From a virus, in the IMG/VR virus record IMGVR_UViG_3300024348_000007: 64,000 nucleotides of DNA; one strand, given 5' to 3'. Position 1 is the stretch's first letter. Each line of letters begins with the position of its first letter. The notes under the pieces are model-generated. The model was given only the letters and a program-made list of their open reading frames with translations. It was not told where the DNA came from and ran no database searches. This document shows positions 12,901-21,500 of this stretch, one piece after another. Position numbers and translations under genes: made by a program.

Positions 12901-12973
12901 TGAAGGTAGACCATTTACCTCATCTGTTAGAAAACTTGCCCGAAGGGCATCAAATAGTAGGGCAACTCTATAA
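932..12973 (+). CDS. giant (4013 aa) repeat-rich virion structural protein (baseplate/tail appendage-like)
   Basis: N-terminal Asn/Ser/Thr/Ile beta-solenoid-like repeats. VHVASDGND..GT..QP.RTLKRA beta-helix-start motif. About 11 helical 'YDxxKCxRD.G.I.DA' repeats and 12 'YTPTxATYDP...FTC...HTFVSA' modules. Resembles giant structural proteins of marine T4-like phages; follows a late promoter. Confidence 0.7.
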   Translation: MSLISELGPIKGANTRSEDLFVIVNLIQGDDGTKNITRKEMVQALQYEIFNRITITGGTISNVTMSSSTLNTVIINDSAYNNGTITGSALSSVSIINSTANNLTITSSDFSDGTGNNNIFTNTTLIDSDILDSDANNMLIDNSDFSNGTGNNNVFTNSRIDNSDFANVAIEGGTANNLTLTNVIIDEIVLEDALMSNSVIITTDFSNGTIRDTAISGNTTIVDANFSNGDIRDTDLDNVDITNSRFSNGQIWDTTVSNSTIIDTTANNIVMTSSIISSSALNDSTANNVNITNSDFSDGTGNNNIFTNTTIQDGTLANNVITNSSFQGTLDNVTAQNMTITSSSTEGLGQQKSVIENSEFKDGTVSNSSIEESTLVDFDMDITRTFEPMLDEDSYFALKNVKTGDTEKMTYRQLYNEFSKKTEKSLKVHVASDGNDDYPGTILQPVRTLKRAEKIALEKAGGSYDRNAINDAVHISVGPGTYYVDEPVMLPDDCSMTSTAGQYATVIQKKPGWERTNGILVGSGCYVQGFSYMNFEVDNFDQPEGGFAIAYRPGALLRRSPYLRDSTQLSNFNRLDVEPPLNPFNSKGTILDLGQEFYLVAGHSAQTQFEVDDEVTFSSGATGYVSYIADIDTNRQIYVRNLKGNVEVGDILYAQRGGTGTIESIGIDDFPNRLVGRGGGCLLADRAQLDTDSLYTYVLCFGFTPRTQNGTGYVAKNGAGVNGIGSLSIFTRQAFFALDGGQMTLNNSGSQFGDISMRARGSTVIIRPAEATAANLTANSAFADVIEENKQEIVDDMVYHLTTPVASGGLGYQGYNADKCFRDTGIIVDNTGYDIATNGNYWGRLNGISYRSPISYLVVDEQLTETTGSIEHLKDSMTSSDGGIFGYASSTVRARIDTSLNETLNILQNGEEAANPIIFADTGKSDQTAAREVVQVNRDLIINEFVDWIDNNDEFYAYDSVKCERDVQEYILPAVKYDMMLDTNYNAVTSGLAYYVNTARTSLENQRNETVASFKRLRKTTDELIQANSAPAAQDAYDAFSVIIDSISNVGDKYTPTKATYDPTTGAMVITIGTHDLTVGRYVNLAEESFTFTCSSDNFKTKISHPRKSEKAYLAALPIVAVSAKTITVNPGLTAANFEHRFVEASDNAVSVIGEAITFSDNAAISADKRNARKHLQANKEYVQDYMMQWADDEFYFYDSKKCHRDTEEYILPAVQRDMILGTNYNAIQTGAAYRTKSGEVSVTDQLVETVGSIDYLKSRAAMFIGDNSIAVDRSNDSFDEMKRLLNNNGKKYTPTNASYDPATGSIDLTIGLHDFDIGDEIYIEPHSLVFTCALDGNATKHAYPATQFLNFTPTDATYNVASGEFSATIGTHTLKVGDKVEFKPNSIVFTCELDNDITNHPAPESHHPFYKKQITITKVDATKIYMNVGGIVDGGGVHTFVSAADNAIQAEKIHPIYKKPVTISARTGTTITVNVGESSDTSVHTFVSATTNAIREAGMWTGTFTPQTATYDPISGDMEITIGQHDLPVGKWIQIAPESMVFSCDVGGVTGTDAAPLYDHPAYKEPVRVKDVTTNTITVNVGNANGHANNHTFVSATADCIDANALYFSDPAKVLKAYTPTTATYDPVTGEFVVTLPAHDLTTDDHIELQPQSFVFSCAANGGGNDYSPRIGDFAYKLPLKISAVTTNTVTVNVGNAGTNTDVHTFVSADEGAVIKVAGSQQGVYASRKLQKNKAYLQAEVAAYLDTNYFIYDKDKCSRDTGLILDAVARDILTDSTVNAYYVGKGYTIGTVGANAVINEQLTQTVGAITWLKGKIATEVLTDATAITRSNAAFDTVIDIMTNGIGGAALPIYGDLTISPEHRQAGKAIITNKAFIQKEIIAFITANYPNFVYNTAACERDMGIFVDLTAWDVQNGSNALSATNSKLYFENAIPVLDDEEVVPTSEAFFFASDLVGQIVRNEVVTPLQGVVTQTIVETTTYTPTTATYDPANGDFVMTMPGHTVSLNDRVTLEPNSFTFTCAMDGDDAAKTYPRAGLDPYALKTYLVKEVTSSTVTLDAAASGPNKYFTPTAAVYDAASGIMEVTVGQHGLRVGNGVVLENNSFTFTCDQDSNATQHTYPRVGDPLTGKSLTITAVGETQHTPTNAVHSPSSGDTTITLAGHGFSNGDYVMIADYGLVYTCVLDGYTVEKGYPRATDFASNRWLEISDVTTDTFKLNVGPSPYNGAHTFVSATSNSIRRQTGTMTFNVGDAGSASGSVHTFVSATANAIKHEPQTVHTFVSVTADAVKVANMAEAYTPTDVAYDHISGVMTMTLGTHSFTEKDYVIFAENAITLSCASNGGGNLSHPRPSDPIFNKPVRIDSTTPTTITLQVGPANVNAAHTFVSALTDGVRRSIKPEVSELAEQLFYDVGAVIRENDGTIPAIVEPAFDTHTANYTLGSEFESIKGQSIKYQTEINEYITETYNGLAYNIAKCPRDVGYIVDAISEDLEYGGDSATIFNARYYFEGAINVLPMYQRKPTRLAFTHIANVIEKVITNTVNEPVFGTRFTPTTATYDPATGIMEATVGAHTLTTSDHVWFKPNAITFSCDTGSGPTNHASPEAHHRFFNKACPIIGVTATTITMWVGNAGSYSGAHTFVSALTDAISQINGNIVYQEVAMQAADAATGTEAKRLANIISNIVDDRLVIPDYQGSLDITQQTPESLPTENLLTKPKMDPARTFARKSLQWNRTFIQEEIIQFVRDNNYTFDEAKCARDAGFIIDAVRRDVQTGSTYNGKYIGKSYRIGTVGADKVIQDQLAETIEGIQYVQKDIEAQLSGVALSRAQNSFSNIINAMVNDYTPDGTNYSYGDGKVSENHEFARTGLQLNRAFLQAEATAWVNVNYPGLSYDVAKCQRDTGIMVDAVSYDVQHESNSAMLDVAKLYFENGLSTLSADQRTPTAALYTHLSSVASQIVLKQTVSKSSGNTELQNTSFGVVTAPVAQHITSLWNIVGDLIADDSLINMPQLVEAKTTTSGADGYLYETEAALVGSRKDNLQATITNYLRENFGYLEYDEDRCRRDTGYIVDAISHDIQYGGNSAMHGTAELYFKNAVNILPADQRDSTREAFEHLGKVVRWVTRNEMIPRKEGRKFTPTSATYDPDTGIFTATMANHNLKVGDYVMIAPNSIVFTCALDGGVHEHPAPEAHHPYYNAPMKITARTGTTITMDVGKVPYGKGGGAHTFVRATMNAITHLTGNTVKQEMSNMTARRSIANEAMELATMLAKVADDNSPANIPSRIDPDTSWIETNLITAKAAIDNNSIQMAKDLQVYISETYNGISYSKEKCRRDVGVMIDSISHDVNYTTNYAMLMTAGLYFEGAHSILPADQRQQTAKFFTEMARVVEAIVQGQTAYQTGFTATNATYDADTGYFTATLPADHGFKIGDYVSFDPASFTFACDTGSGVTNHAVPEAHHPYYDVPCPILYVEGSVITMWVGAAATYSGVHTFVSATEEGLKKAVRTWTAQDKTNTNATAVEGEEVADLVRIVEDAIRRDNTDGLPDIIEPNISWVNASKVEAGKIIDDNLDELADDITKFLKDTFTIIDYSKAKCRRDAGYIVDAMSWDLNYGGNLATRWNADFYYWNNELRIPEDTRVATAKAYRQLGKIVSQVVIGKLAGQAVRSELGTTTQEAQAIKLGDILHNVMFYDTPQALGPVTEPNFEWETNKEYGFAKQILANNKVKLQREVQRFITSEYKFIDLPKTYRDGLNFLKVLQNDFNGRVADPDVGTVGSDKAARSFVGALFNIDAQHVFPVFNPPAAYTNWRRLRFKGTVDNVPALATLNATSKKWDARIVPTDPNANRYVGAIYVYNGAGAWNIVSEGNNNTDLLLAFTEAWSRMKTYINTNIAPDVTHQTTVTELIDNVIIDSVIRPDFLTFGSLVESIAHQFNGASAGVNRNALPLNFRNVGAAIGANASVLSENGGRIRWSGSDELNNQYFARGLKINGRTGRIEGRPFTSSVRKLARRASNSRATL

Positions 12974-13395
12974 TGGCAATTTACACAATAGCAACATCAC
13001 AGGCGCCTGATGCAAAACCGGTCGCCAAATCCTTTACATTGACTACCAACTGGTTGCCAATGATAGAAGTACCAAATTATGAAGTCCCAGAGCTAGTCTT
13101 TGGGGGTTCAACTACAACAGAACCTGGCGTTGGTGAAGTTATTTCACCACTCATTTTATGTAACATTACCGCAAACACGGTAGCGGTTGATGTAGAAGTA
13201 CATAGAGAAGCTGAGAATGCAGAATTTTATCTAGTTAGAAATTTACAAATTCCAGGTTATGAAACTATTCCATTACCTCTTAACGGGCAATTTTTTAAAT
13301 CAGGTGATTTATTAAATCTGAAGGCTGATACAAACTTAGCAATTCATGCTACGTTATCGTTTACACTGGGCCAAGCCGAAGAGGATGACGTCTAA
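12973..13395 (+). CDS. small virion-associated protein (beta-rich, 140 aa)
   Basis: TAATG overlaps with both neighbours; lies in the structural operon. Confidence 0.6.
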   Translation: MAIYTIATSQAPDAKPVAKSFTLTTNWLPMIEVPNYEVPELVFGGSTTTEPGVGEVISPLILCNITANTVAVDVEVHREAENAEFYLVRNLQIPGYETIPLPLNGQFFKSGDLLNLKADTNLAIHATLSFTLGQAEEDDV

Positions 13396-16300
13396 TGGCA
13401 TTTAATTCAATAAGCGGAAGTAGAATAATTGGTAAGGGTACGCCACAAGCTGTACCCATCCAATTAGATCCTGCCCCGTATACTGGAGCCATTGCTTATG
13501 GTTCAGACGGTTTAATATATGTTTCTAACGGTACAGCTTGGAACGCAGTTGGTGCAGGAATTCAGGGTACAACTGGTCTTCAAGGTGATGATGGATTACA
13601 AGGTACACAGGGTACGTATGGTCCAGGATTTGATGTTATTGGTTCTGTTACAGATGTTGATACTGGCGGAGACCAACAGGCAACTCTTAATACTGCATTC
13701 CCATCGGCTACAACTGGTCAAGGTGTTATCGATAATGCAGATGATGAACTTTGGGTTTATGACGGAGCAGTCTGGGTAAATGTTGGATCGTTTAGGGGTG
13801 TTCAAGGTTTTCAGGGTACGTTAGGTAACCAAGGTACACAGGGTACAATTGGTGAAGAAGGTATTCAAGGTTCTCGCGGTTATAGAGGATTTCAAGGAAC
13901 GCAAGGTATACAAGGCGATACCGGTATTCAGGGTATGCAAGGTATTCAAGGAGACCAAGGGGTTCAAGGAATTCAAGGTGTCCAAGGAGATCAGGGTACG
14001 CAAGGTATTCAGGGCTTACTCGGTTTTCAGGGTATACAAGGACCGCAATCTATTCAGGGTACAACTGGTATACAGGGTGACCTAGGTTTCCAAGGTTTCT
14101 CAGGTGACGACTCAGGAATGGTTGTTCAATATAACGTAGGACACCAATTTGCAGAGCCAGGTCCAGCTACTTCTGGATTTATGATATTCAATTCGCCAGC
14201 AGCTGATACAGGTGCATTAACTGGCGCAACTAAACTTTGGATTGCTGATAGTGATACATTTAACATTGATTTAACAGCTTACTTCAATGCGTTAGGTACA
14301 TCTAGCTCTACCAATAAAGGTTATATAAAAATCACATTGCGTGATAATCCTAGTACGTATGCCATATTCTCAATCCAAGGATTGGTTGATGATGGTAGTT
14401 ACTTTGATTTAGATGTTACTTATCTAAGTGGTAATGGTAATAAAGAAGATTTTGTTGCTGAGGATTTACCTTCTAATCCAGGAACATATATTTCATTACC
14501 ATGTATTGTTGCTTTAGATATATCAGGTGATAGAGGTTTTCAGGGAGTTCAAGGTTTTCAAGGAACGCAGGGACATCAAGGCGTACAAGGTTTACTCGGT
14601 AATCAAGGTACTCAAGGTCCACAATCTATTCAGGGTATCCAAGGCCATCAAGGCATACAGGGTATTAAAGGTATTCAGGGAAATCAAGGAACGCAAGGAA
14701 TTCAAGGAATTCAAGGTGTTCAATCTGTTCAAGGTGTGCAGGGCATACAAGGTGGAACAGGTACACAAGGAATACAGGGTTTACAAGGAGACCAAGGGGT
14801 TCAAGGAATTCAAGGTTTTCAAGGCTATCAGGGAACAACGGGTATCCAAGGTGATACCGGATTTCAGGGTACACTAGGTAATCAGGGTATTCAAGGAATT
14901 GGCGGTAATCACGGCGGATTAACATTCGAATGGAATTTTAACTCTAACGTTACTCCAACAACAGATCCTGGTACAAGCAATTGGAAAATTAATAACGCTG
15001 ACATTACTTTAGCTACAAAATTAACTATTGACGATTTGCCGCTAGATAATTATTCTGCTGCAATAGATGATATTTTTGATTATTTAGACTCAAATCAATC
15101 AGCGGTTAAAGGTCAAATCTTTATCGAAAGTGAACACGACGATAATGGACCTCCAGGACATCACTTCGTTGTTTACGAATTTACTAATTGGACTTGGGAT
15201 TCTTCAGGCTCAAAACTATGGGGTGAATTTGACGTTACCCACGTAGAGTCTTCTTCTGTTGCAAGCAATGATTGGAATAACGTAGTAAATGATCACGGTT
15301 CTAAAGCTATTATCAACTTTATTCCAGCAGGTATACGAGGAACGCAGGGTGTTCAAGGACATCAAGGCGTTCAAGGAGTTCAGGGCGTTCAAGGAACACA
15401 AGGACCACAATCTATTCAAGGTACTACCGGTATTCAGGGCATGCAAGGTATGCAAGGTATCGAAGGTGCAAGAACATTTACCGTAACTAGCTCTGGAAGT
15501 ACAGACTATATAGTAGATACTGTTGCAGATCCAGTCTTACATTTAATTAGAGGATTTACCTACTTATTTGATGTAGATGCGCCTGGTCACCCATTTGATA
15601 TTAGAGTTTCAAACGGTGGAGCTCAGTATAATGACGGCGTTACAAATAACGGGGCAGCATCTGGAATTATTACATTCAGAGTTCCTTTTGACGCGCCAGC
15701 ATCTTTATATTATCAATGCCAATTACATGCTGGTATGGGTAATACTATTGTTACTTCAGATCTTGGTCCTCAGGGTACTCAGGGTGTTCAAGCTCTACAA
15801 GGTATTCAAGGATTTATAGGTTTACAAGGCGATACAGGTGCAGGTAATCAGGGTATTCAAGGCACAATTGGTATTCAAGGCGATACAGGCTTTCAAGGAG
15901 TTCAAGGTTTCCCTGGTCCGATCGGTCCACAAGGTACACAAGGAACATTTGGTTTACAAGGTGGACCGGGTCAGCAAGGTACAACTGGTTCGTTTGGTGG
16001 TGTTACTTTTGATTACACATTCAGCACAGATACTACTACATCAGACCCAGGTGTTGGTACACTTAAGTTTAGCAATACGAGCATTAACTCTGCAGGTAAT
16101 CTGTATATGGACGATAGAGATGATAACTTTACGGACATTCAACCGTTCCTTAGAACTATTGATGACTCAACAAGCCCTATCAAAGGTCACTTTAAAGTAT
16201 CTGAAAATGGTTCACCTGAGAATTTTGCAGTATTCACTATAACTAGTGTCCAAGAACTTTCAGGTTATTTTAACATAATCTCTTCATATGTAAACGGTTC

Positions 16301-18089
16301 AGTCACTAGTTTCACAGATGGTGAAGATGTTGTTATCACGTTTGCAAGAACCGGTGATATCGGTGCAACTGGTTCTCAAGGTACGACCGGTATTCAGGGT
16401 GATGTCGGTTCACAAGGTACAGCAGGATTTATCGGTGGCGTAGGCTCGCAAGGTGTGCAAGGTTTTCAGGGTACACAAGGTTTTCAGGGTTTTCAGGGAA
16501 ATGAAGGAATTGGTACGCAAGGTGCTACCGGTATTCAAGGTCCTGAAGGACAACAAGGTGACGAAGGTGAAGTCGGTGGAGACGGGCCACAGGGTGTACA
16601 AGGCTCGTTGGGTTTCCAAGGTGCAGATGGTTTCCAAGGCATGCAAGGTATGCAAGGTACGCAAGGCGTAGGAGCGCCTGGTGCTTCTGGTATTCAGGGT
16701 AATGATGGTTTCCAAGGTATACAAGGTATGCAAGCTGCCCAAGGTATTCAGGGTAATGTTGGACCAATTGGATTTGGTACGCAAGGTGTACAAGGCTTAC
16801 AAGGTTTCCAAGGAGAAAGCGGTTTCCAGGGTGCTGGAGGTTTCCAAGGTATATCTGGTTCGGGTAACCAAGGTGTTCAAGGTTTTAACGGCTTCCAAGG
16901 TTTCCAAGGTGATAACGGTTTCCAGGGACCATCTGGTGCTGGTAACCAAGGTGTTCAAGGTTTCCAGGGTGCAATTGGTATCGGTGATGTAGGTTTCCAA
17001 GGTACTCAGGGATTATTAGGCCCGCAAGGTATTAGTGGTGAAGAGGGAACTGGCGGTGTACAAGGTTTACAAGGTTACTTCGGTTTCCAGGGTATGCAAG
17101 GTATTAGTGGTGCTTTAGGTAATACTGGTTTACAAGGCTTCCAGGGTATATCCGGTACGGGAATTCAAGGTGTACAGGGTAGAACTGGACAAGGCGTACA
17201 AGGTATGCAAGGCTTCCAGGGTTTACAAGGTTTCCTCGGGTTTCAAGGTGCTATCGGTGGCGGTGTACAAGGTTTCCAAGGTACAGCAGGTTTCCAAGGG
17301 GATTACGGTTTCCAAGGTACTCAGGGTGTTCAGGGTCCAGGTAATGAAGGTGGTGTTGGTAACTTACAAAACGTTCACACATCTGGATTGCAAGAAACTC
17401 CACTCTTTATTCCAATGTTTGAAGCTGGTGCAGATCAAAGACAGTTACTTGCTACGACTGGTCCAAATCCAAACGGAGAAAGTAACTTCTTCTATACTTC
17501 TAATATTGACGAACTTAGTGTTGAAAACATCAACCTTGGCGGTAATATTGATATAGGCGGTTCATTAACAGCAGGAGCTTTAACTGGTCTTACTTCAGAT
17601 CTTAACTTACCAAATAACGTTTATATGGGCTTTGGTACTAACCAAGCTGCTAAACTAGGATTTGATAGTACTGGTTCTGGAACATTGAACATTGATGTCG
17701 ACACAACTAATGTAAATGCGGTATTAATTGAAAAAAGATCAGATGGATCTGCGTTGTTTACATTCGATACGGCAACTGGTTCGTTTACAGCATCTGGTGA
17801 TGTAGTAACAAACTCAGATGAAAGACTTAAAACGAATATTAAAACTATTTCTGAAGCATTACCTAAAGTAATGGAATTAAGAGGCGTATCGTTTAATATG
17901 AAAGATAATCTTGATTTGAATAAGATCGGACTTATCGCTCAAGAAGTTGAAAAGGTAATACCTGAAGTAGTTCTTACTGATAAATCATCACAACAAATTA
18001 AGTCAGTAGCTTACAGTTCGCTAGTTGGTCTCTTGGTTGAAGCCATTAAAGATTTAAAAACTGAGGTCGACGAAATAAAAGTGCAATAA
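13395..18089 (+). CDS. collagen-like (G-x-Q) tail fibre/whisker with C-terminal intramolecular chaperone (Peptidase S74-like)
   Basis: Long (QGx)n tracts interrupted by globular domains. The C-terminus SDERLKTNIKTI..AL.KV..LRGVSF...IGLIAQEVEKVIPEVV...LVEAIKDLK is the typical S74 chaperone signature. Confidence 0.85.
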   Translation: MAFNSISGSRIIGKGTPQAVPIQLDPAPYTGAIAYGSDGLIYVSNGTAWNAVGAGIQGTTGLQGDDGLQGTQGTYGPGFDVIGSVTDVDTGGDQQATLNTAFPSATTGQGVIDNADDELWVYDGAVWVNVGSFRGVQGFQGTLGNQGTQGTIGEEGIQGSRGYRGFQGTQGIQGDTGIQGMQGIQGDQGVQGIQGVQGDQGTQGIQGLLGFQGIQGPQSIQGTTGIQGDLGFQGFSGDDSGMVVQYNVGHQFAEPGPATSGFMIFNSPAADTGALTGATKLWIADSDTFNIDLTAYFNALGTSSSTNKGYIKITLRDNPSTYAIFSIQGLVDDGSYFDLDVTYLSGNGNKEDFVAEDLPSNPGTYISLPCIVALDISGDRGFQGVQGFQGTQGHQGVQGLLGNQGTQGPQSIQGIQGHQGIQGIKGIQGNQGTQGIQGIQGVQSVQGVQGIQGGTGTQGIQGLQGDQGVQGIQGFQGYQGTTGIQGDTGFQGTLGNQGIQGIGGNHGGLTFEWNFNSNVTPTTDPGTSNWKINNADITLATKLTIDDLPLDNYSAAIDDIFDYLDSNQSAVKGQIFIESEHDDNGPPGHHFVVYEFTNWTWDSSGSKLWGEFDVTHVESSSVASNDWNNVVNDHGSKAIINFIPAGIRGTQGVQGHQGVQGVQGVQGTQGPQSIQGTTGIQGMQGMQGIEGARTFTVTSSGSTDYIVDTVADPVLHLIRGFTYLFDVDAPGHPFDIRVSNGGAQYNDGVTNNGAASGIITFRVPFDAPASLYYQCQLHAGMGNTIVTSDLGPQGTQGVQALQGIQGFIGLQGDTGAGNQGIQGTIGIQGDTGFQGVQGFPGPIGPQGTQGTFGLQGGPGQQGTTGSFGGVTFDYTFSTDTTTSDPGVGTLKFSNTSINSAGNLYMDDRDDNFTDIQPFLRTIDDSTSPIKGHFKVSENGSPENFAVFTITSVQELSGYFNIISSYVNGSVTSFTDGEDVVITFARTGDIGATGSQGTTGIQGDVGSQGTAGFIGGVGSQGVQGFQGTQGFQGFQGNEGIGTQGATGIQGPEGQQGDEGEVGGDGPQGVQGSLGFQGADGFQGMQGMQGTQGVGAPGASGIQGNDGFQGIQGMQAAQGIQGNVGPIGFGTQGVQGLQGFQGESGFQGAGGFQGISGSGNQGVQGFNGFQGFQGDNGFQGPSGAGNQGVQGFQGAIGIGDVGFQGTQGLLGPQGISGEEGTGGVQGLQGYFGFQGMQGISGALGNTGLQGFQGISGTGIQGVQGRTGQGVQGMQGFQGLQGFLGFQGAIGGGVQGFQGTAGFQGDYGFQGTQGVQGPGNEGGVGNLQNVHTSGLQETPLFIPMFEAGADQRQLLATTGPNPNGESNFFYTSNIDELSVENINLGGNIDIGGSLTAGALTGLTSDLNLPNNVYMGFGTNQAAKLGFDSTGSGTLNIDVDTTNVNAVLIEKRSDGSALFTFDTATGSFTASGDVVTNSDERLKTNIKTISEALPKVMELRGVSFNMKDNLDLNKIGLIAQEVEKVIPEVVLTDKSSQQIKSVAYSSLVGLLVEAIKDLKTEVDEIKVQ

Positions 18090-18117
18090 GATTTTGTAGA
18101 CACTATGGTTTAAATCG

Positions 18118-18150
18118 AGGGGGTCTATTCGTAGTACCCCCTTATTTTTT
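18118..18150 (+). terminator. intrinsic terminator
   Basis: Stem AGGGGGT/ACCCCCT enclosing CTA-TTCG-TAG (UUCG-type loop), followed by a T-run, just after the collagen fibre gene. Confidence 0.75.
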
Positions 18151-18157
18151 ATAAATA
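18150..18157 (+). promoter_or_regulatory. T4-type late promoter TATAAATA
   Basis: Exact consensus, intergenic, upstream of the gene at 18184. Confidence 0.8.
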
Positions 18158-18183
18158 GAATAAACGAATAAAGAGATGAAGAC

Positions 18184-18510
18184 ATGGGATCCAAAGCAAA
18201 TATCTATATAGATCAAGGTACTGATTTTCGCATCACGTTGGAAATGTTCGACGGGGATGATGATGATTTGGTGATCGGCACTTTTAGTTTCTTCGCAGAT
18301 TTAAGAAAAATGTACTCTTCAAAAAGAGCTGCAGAGTTTGTTGTAGAAAAGAACGAAAACGACATAACACTAGTTTTAGAAGCCGATGTTACGGCCAATC
18401 TAAAACCTGGGAAATATGAATATGATGTTTTAATGAGAAAATCCAGCGGTGAGATGTCCAAGATAGTTGAAGGACTAGCTATTGTTATTCCTACTATCAC
18501 GGAGGTATAA
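18184..18510 (+). CDS. small Ig-like baseplate/fibre-attachment protein
   Basis: ANIYIDQGTDF...T..L..GKY.YDV...K.VEG pattern, common in small virion proteins of T4-like phages. Confidence 0.6.
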   Translation: MGSKANIYIDQGTDFRITLEMFDGDDDDLVIGTFSFFADLRKMYSSKRAAEFVVEKNENDITLVLEADVTANLKPGKYEYDVLMRKSSGEMSKIVEGLAIVIPTITEV

Positions 18511-18513
18511 CTG

Positions 18514-21500
18514 GTGAGCATTAAAGTTAAAGTAGGTCAATCCCAGAAGATAAGGATTGTCGCTTCTGCAGAAAAGAAACCGTTAATTACGCCTGATTCG
18601 ATAACTTTAGGAATCGATACGGTAGGTCAGTATGTAGCTAAAATTGACGCAGGTTCTGGTATTATAGTTACACCAGAACTTAACGTTGAAAACGCAAACC
18701 TAGTAATATCTCATGCCGCAACTTCTACAGAATTAAGTTCTAATAATGCTGGTTTAGAATTTGCTGGTAATATTGATATTGATCAATACGGTCACATTAC
18801 TCAATTTACTAATCGTTCTTTTTCTAATACAAATTTCTCATACGCAAACACCGTTATTAGTACTAATGATATAACTCTTGGTACTACGGCTTTAACATTA
18901 GGCGAAACATCGAATAACATAATCGGTCTTACAACTTTTGAAGCAGGTGGTGTTGAACTATTCGATAGAACATTTACAGCAAACGGTAATATTAGTTTTG
19001 AGCCTGGCAGTAACAATGTTATTGACATGGGTTTCTCAAGAATTACTGGTCTTGCAACTCCTATTGACGGATTTGATGCCGTTAATAAAACTTGGCTTGA
19101 ATTTGAATTAGATAGAGTTGAAACTTCTATTAAAGTTTTTGACGATCCTATTCTTCCTTCAGATGCTACTAATAAAAGATATGTTGATAACTTAGTTACT
19201 GGTTTTGTTGTTAGACCGCAAGCTTTAGCCGCAACAACAGCAGATCTTGGCGCTACTTTTGAAGAAGGTAATACAAGTGTAAGAGATACGCTTACTATTC
19301 CGCCAGTTAACTTTTTATATATCGATGATGTTACTACTTGGACATTAGGCGCGAACCTTCTTGTTAAAGACCAGACAGATGCTTCTGAAAACGGCTCGTA
19401 TAATGTTAAGCAAATTGGTAGTGCCAATACAGCTTGGATTTTTGAAAGAGCTGATTTCTCTACAAACACTGAACTTCCTGGTTCTTATGAATTTGTTACT
19501 GACGGTACAATTAACGGCGGCACAGGTTGGGTTGCAACAGTTCTAGACGCTTCTAACTTTAACCTTAATACTGATCCTATTGAATGGGCTCAGTTCCAAG
19601 GTGAAGGTACATTTACTGCAGGCTCAGGTTTAAATCTTAACGGAACTCAATTCAGTGTTTCTCAAACTCTGTCATTGGATCAAATCAATCCAGTTGGTGA
19701 CGATTTAATTGTTGGCGGAACTTCAGCACTTAGACTTCCTAAAGGTACAGTCGCTGAAAGGCCAAATGCACAAGCAGGTCAGATACGATTTAATTCGCAA
19801 GACAATCAATTCGAAGGTTATGATGGAGTAGCATGGGCAGGATTAGGTGGTACTGTTGATGTTGACCAAGATACAAAAGTTGTAGCAGAAAATTCACCTG
19901 GATCTGACGACGATCAATTACAATTCTTTACTGGCGGCACTTTAGCTGCTATGATGAATGCAAATAATGTTGCAACCTTTTATGGTGACGTAAATATTAA
20001 TGCTCTTGGTTCTACTCTTAGTCCTAAAACTCCAGGTGCAATAAACTTAGGTGCTTCTAACTTTAACTATGATAAAGTATTTACAAGTAAAATTGGTTCA
20101 GACGATCAATTAGTTAGAATTGATACTACTGGCGCATTGGTTATGCCAAAAGGTACGACTCTTGAAAGACCGGTTGGTATCGTTGGTGGATTACGTTATA
20201 ATATTGATGACGCAAGATTTGAAGGTTATGACGGTACAGCTTGGGCAGGTCTTGCTGGATCTGTTATGGATCTCGATAGAAATACGTATATTATTGCAGA
20301 AACTTCTGCAGGTGTAGATAACAATGATTTAGATTTCTATACTGCGAATACTCATAGAATGCAAATTGATCAAGACGGTAATTTAAACTTTGGTCAAAGT
20401 CTTAATAAGATTATACTTAACTATAGCACAGGCAATTTAATTGTCAATAGTGAAATTGGTTCTGCAAGTGATTTAGTTTTAAATCCTACAGGTAATATCG
20501 ATGCAGCGAATAATACAATCACTAATGTTGCTGACCCTGTTAATCTTAGTGATGTAGTTACACTCAACTATCTTGGCGGATCATTTTCATCTAAGCTAGA
20601 AATACAAGATAATGCTAATAATTATTTAACAGATATAGATTTACTTCAAGATCCTAAACTAAAAATAGGTAGAGGTCTTGAACTTCAAAGTATTGATAGT
20701 GCAAACAATGAATTTGAAATAGGTATTGATGTATCTGGTGTTCAACCTGGGATGTACGGTGTAGATAACTTTACTCCTAGAATTAGAATTAACGAAGAAG
20801 GTCGTATTGATTTTGCTACAGACATTCCGTTAGAATTACAAGCCAACGCGATTCCAAACTTTACTGAAACATCACGTGATATCATTGGTCTAATGTTTAC
20901 AGACGGTAATGCAAATAACGAAGGTATTATTGCAGTAAACGACGATGCTAACGATGTAATGAATTTAAAAGCTGCTAACTTTAACATATCTTTAGCAGGA
21001 GATTTATTTGGTCAAGCTCAAGTAACAAGGCTTTCAAATACACAAATTGATGCAACTATTACAGCAGATTACATTAGAGATATTGTTCCTTCTGGTCCAA
21101 ACTCTGGTATTACGGTTTCTGGAGCAAATGGCGCAAGCGCTAATGCTTCAATAGAAATTGATTATAATCATCTTGATACAGTATATGCTGAGTTAGATGG
21201 AGCTACATTTAGTGGTAACGTATTCGCACCAAGATATTACGATAGTGATAATAACAATTACTTCGGTGATTTTGGAGGAGAAACAAGATTAAACCAGTTA
21301 AGAGTTGGTTTTGGATTAACTACATCTCAAATTAGTTTTGCTGACGGTGTAGGAAGTCAATCGACATTATATGCTGGTAATGGTAGAATTGGTTTCTTAA
21401 ACAATACTTTTAACTTTGCTGCTTATTCTGAAAAAACGACAAGCAACTGGGTTGTAGAAAACGGTGATGTATTAGCTGAAAGATTTGTTGACGCAGACTC

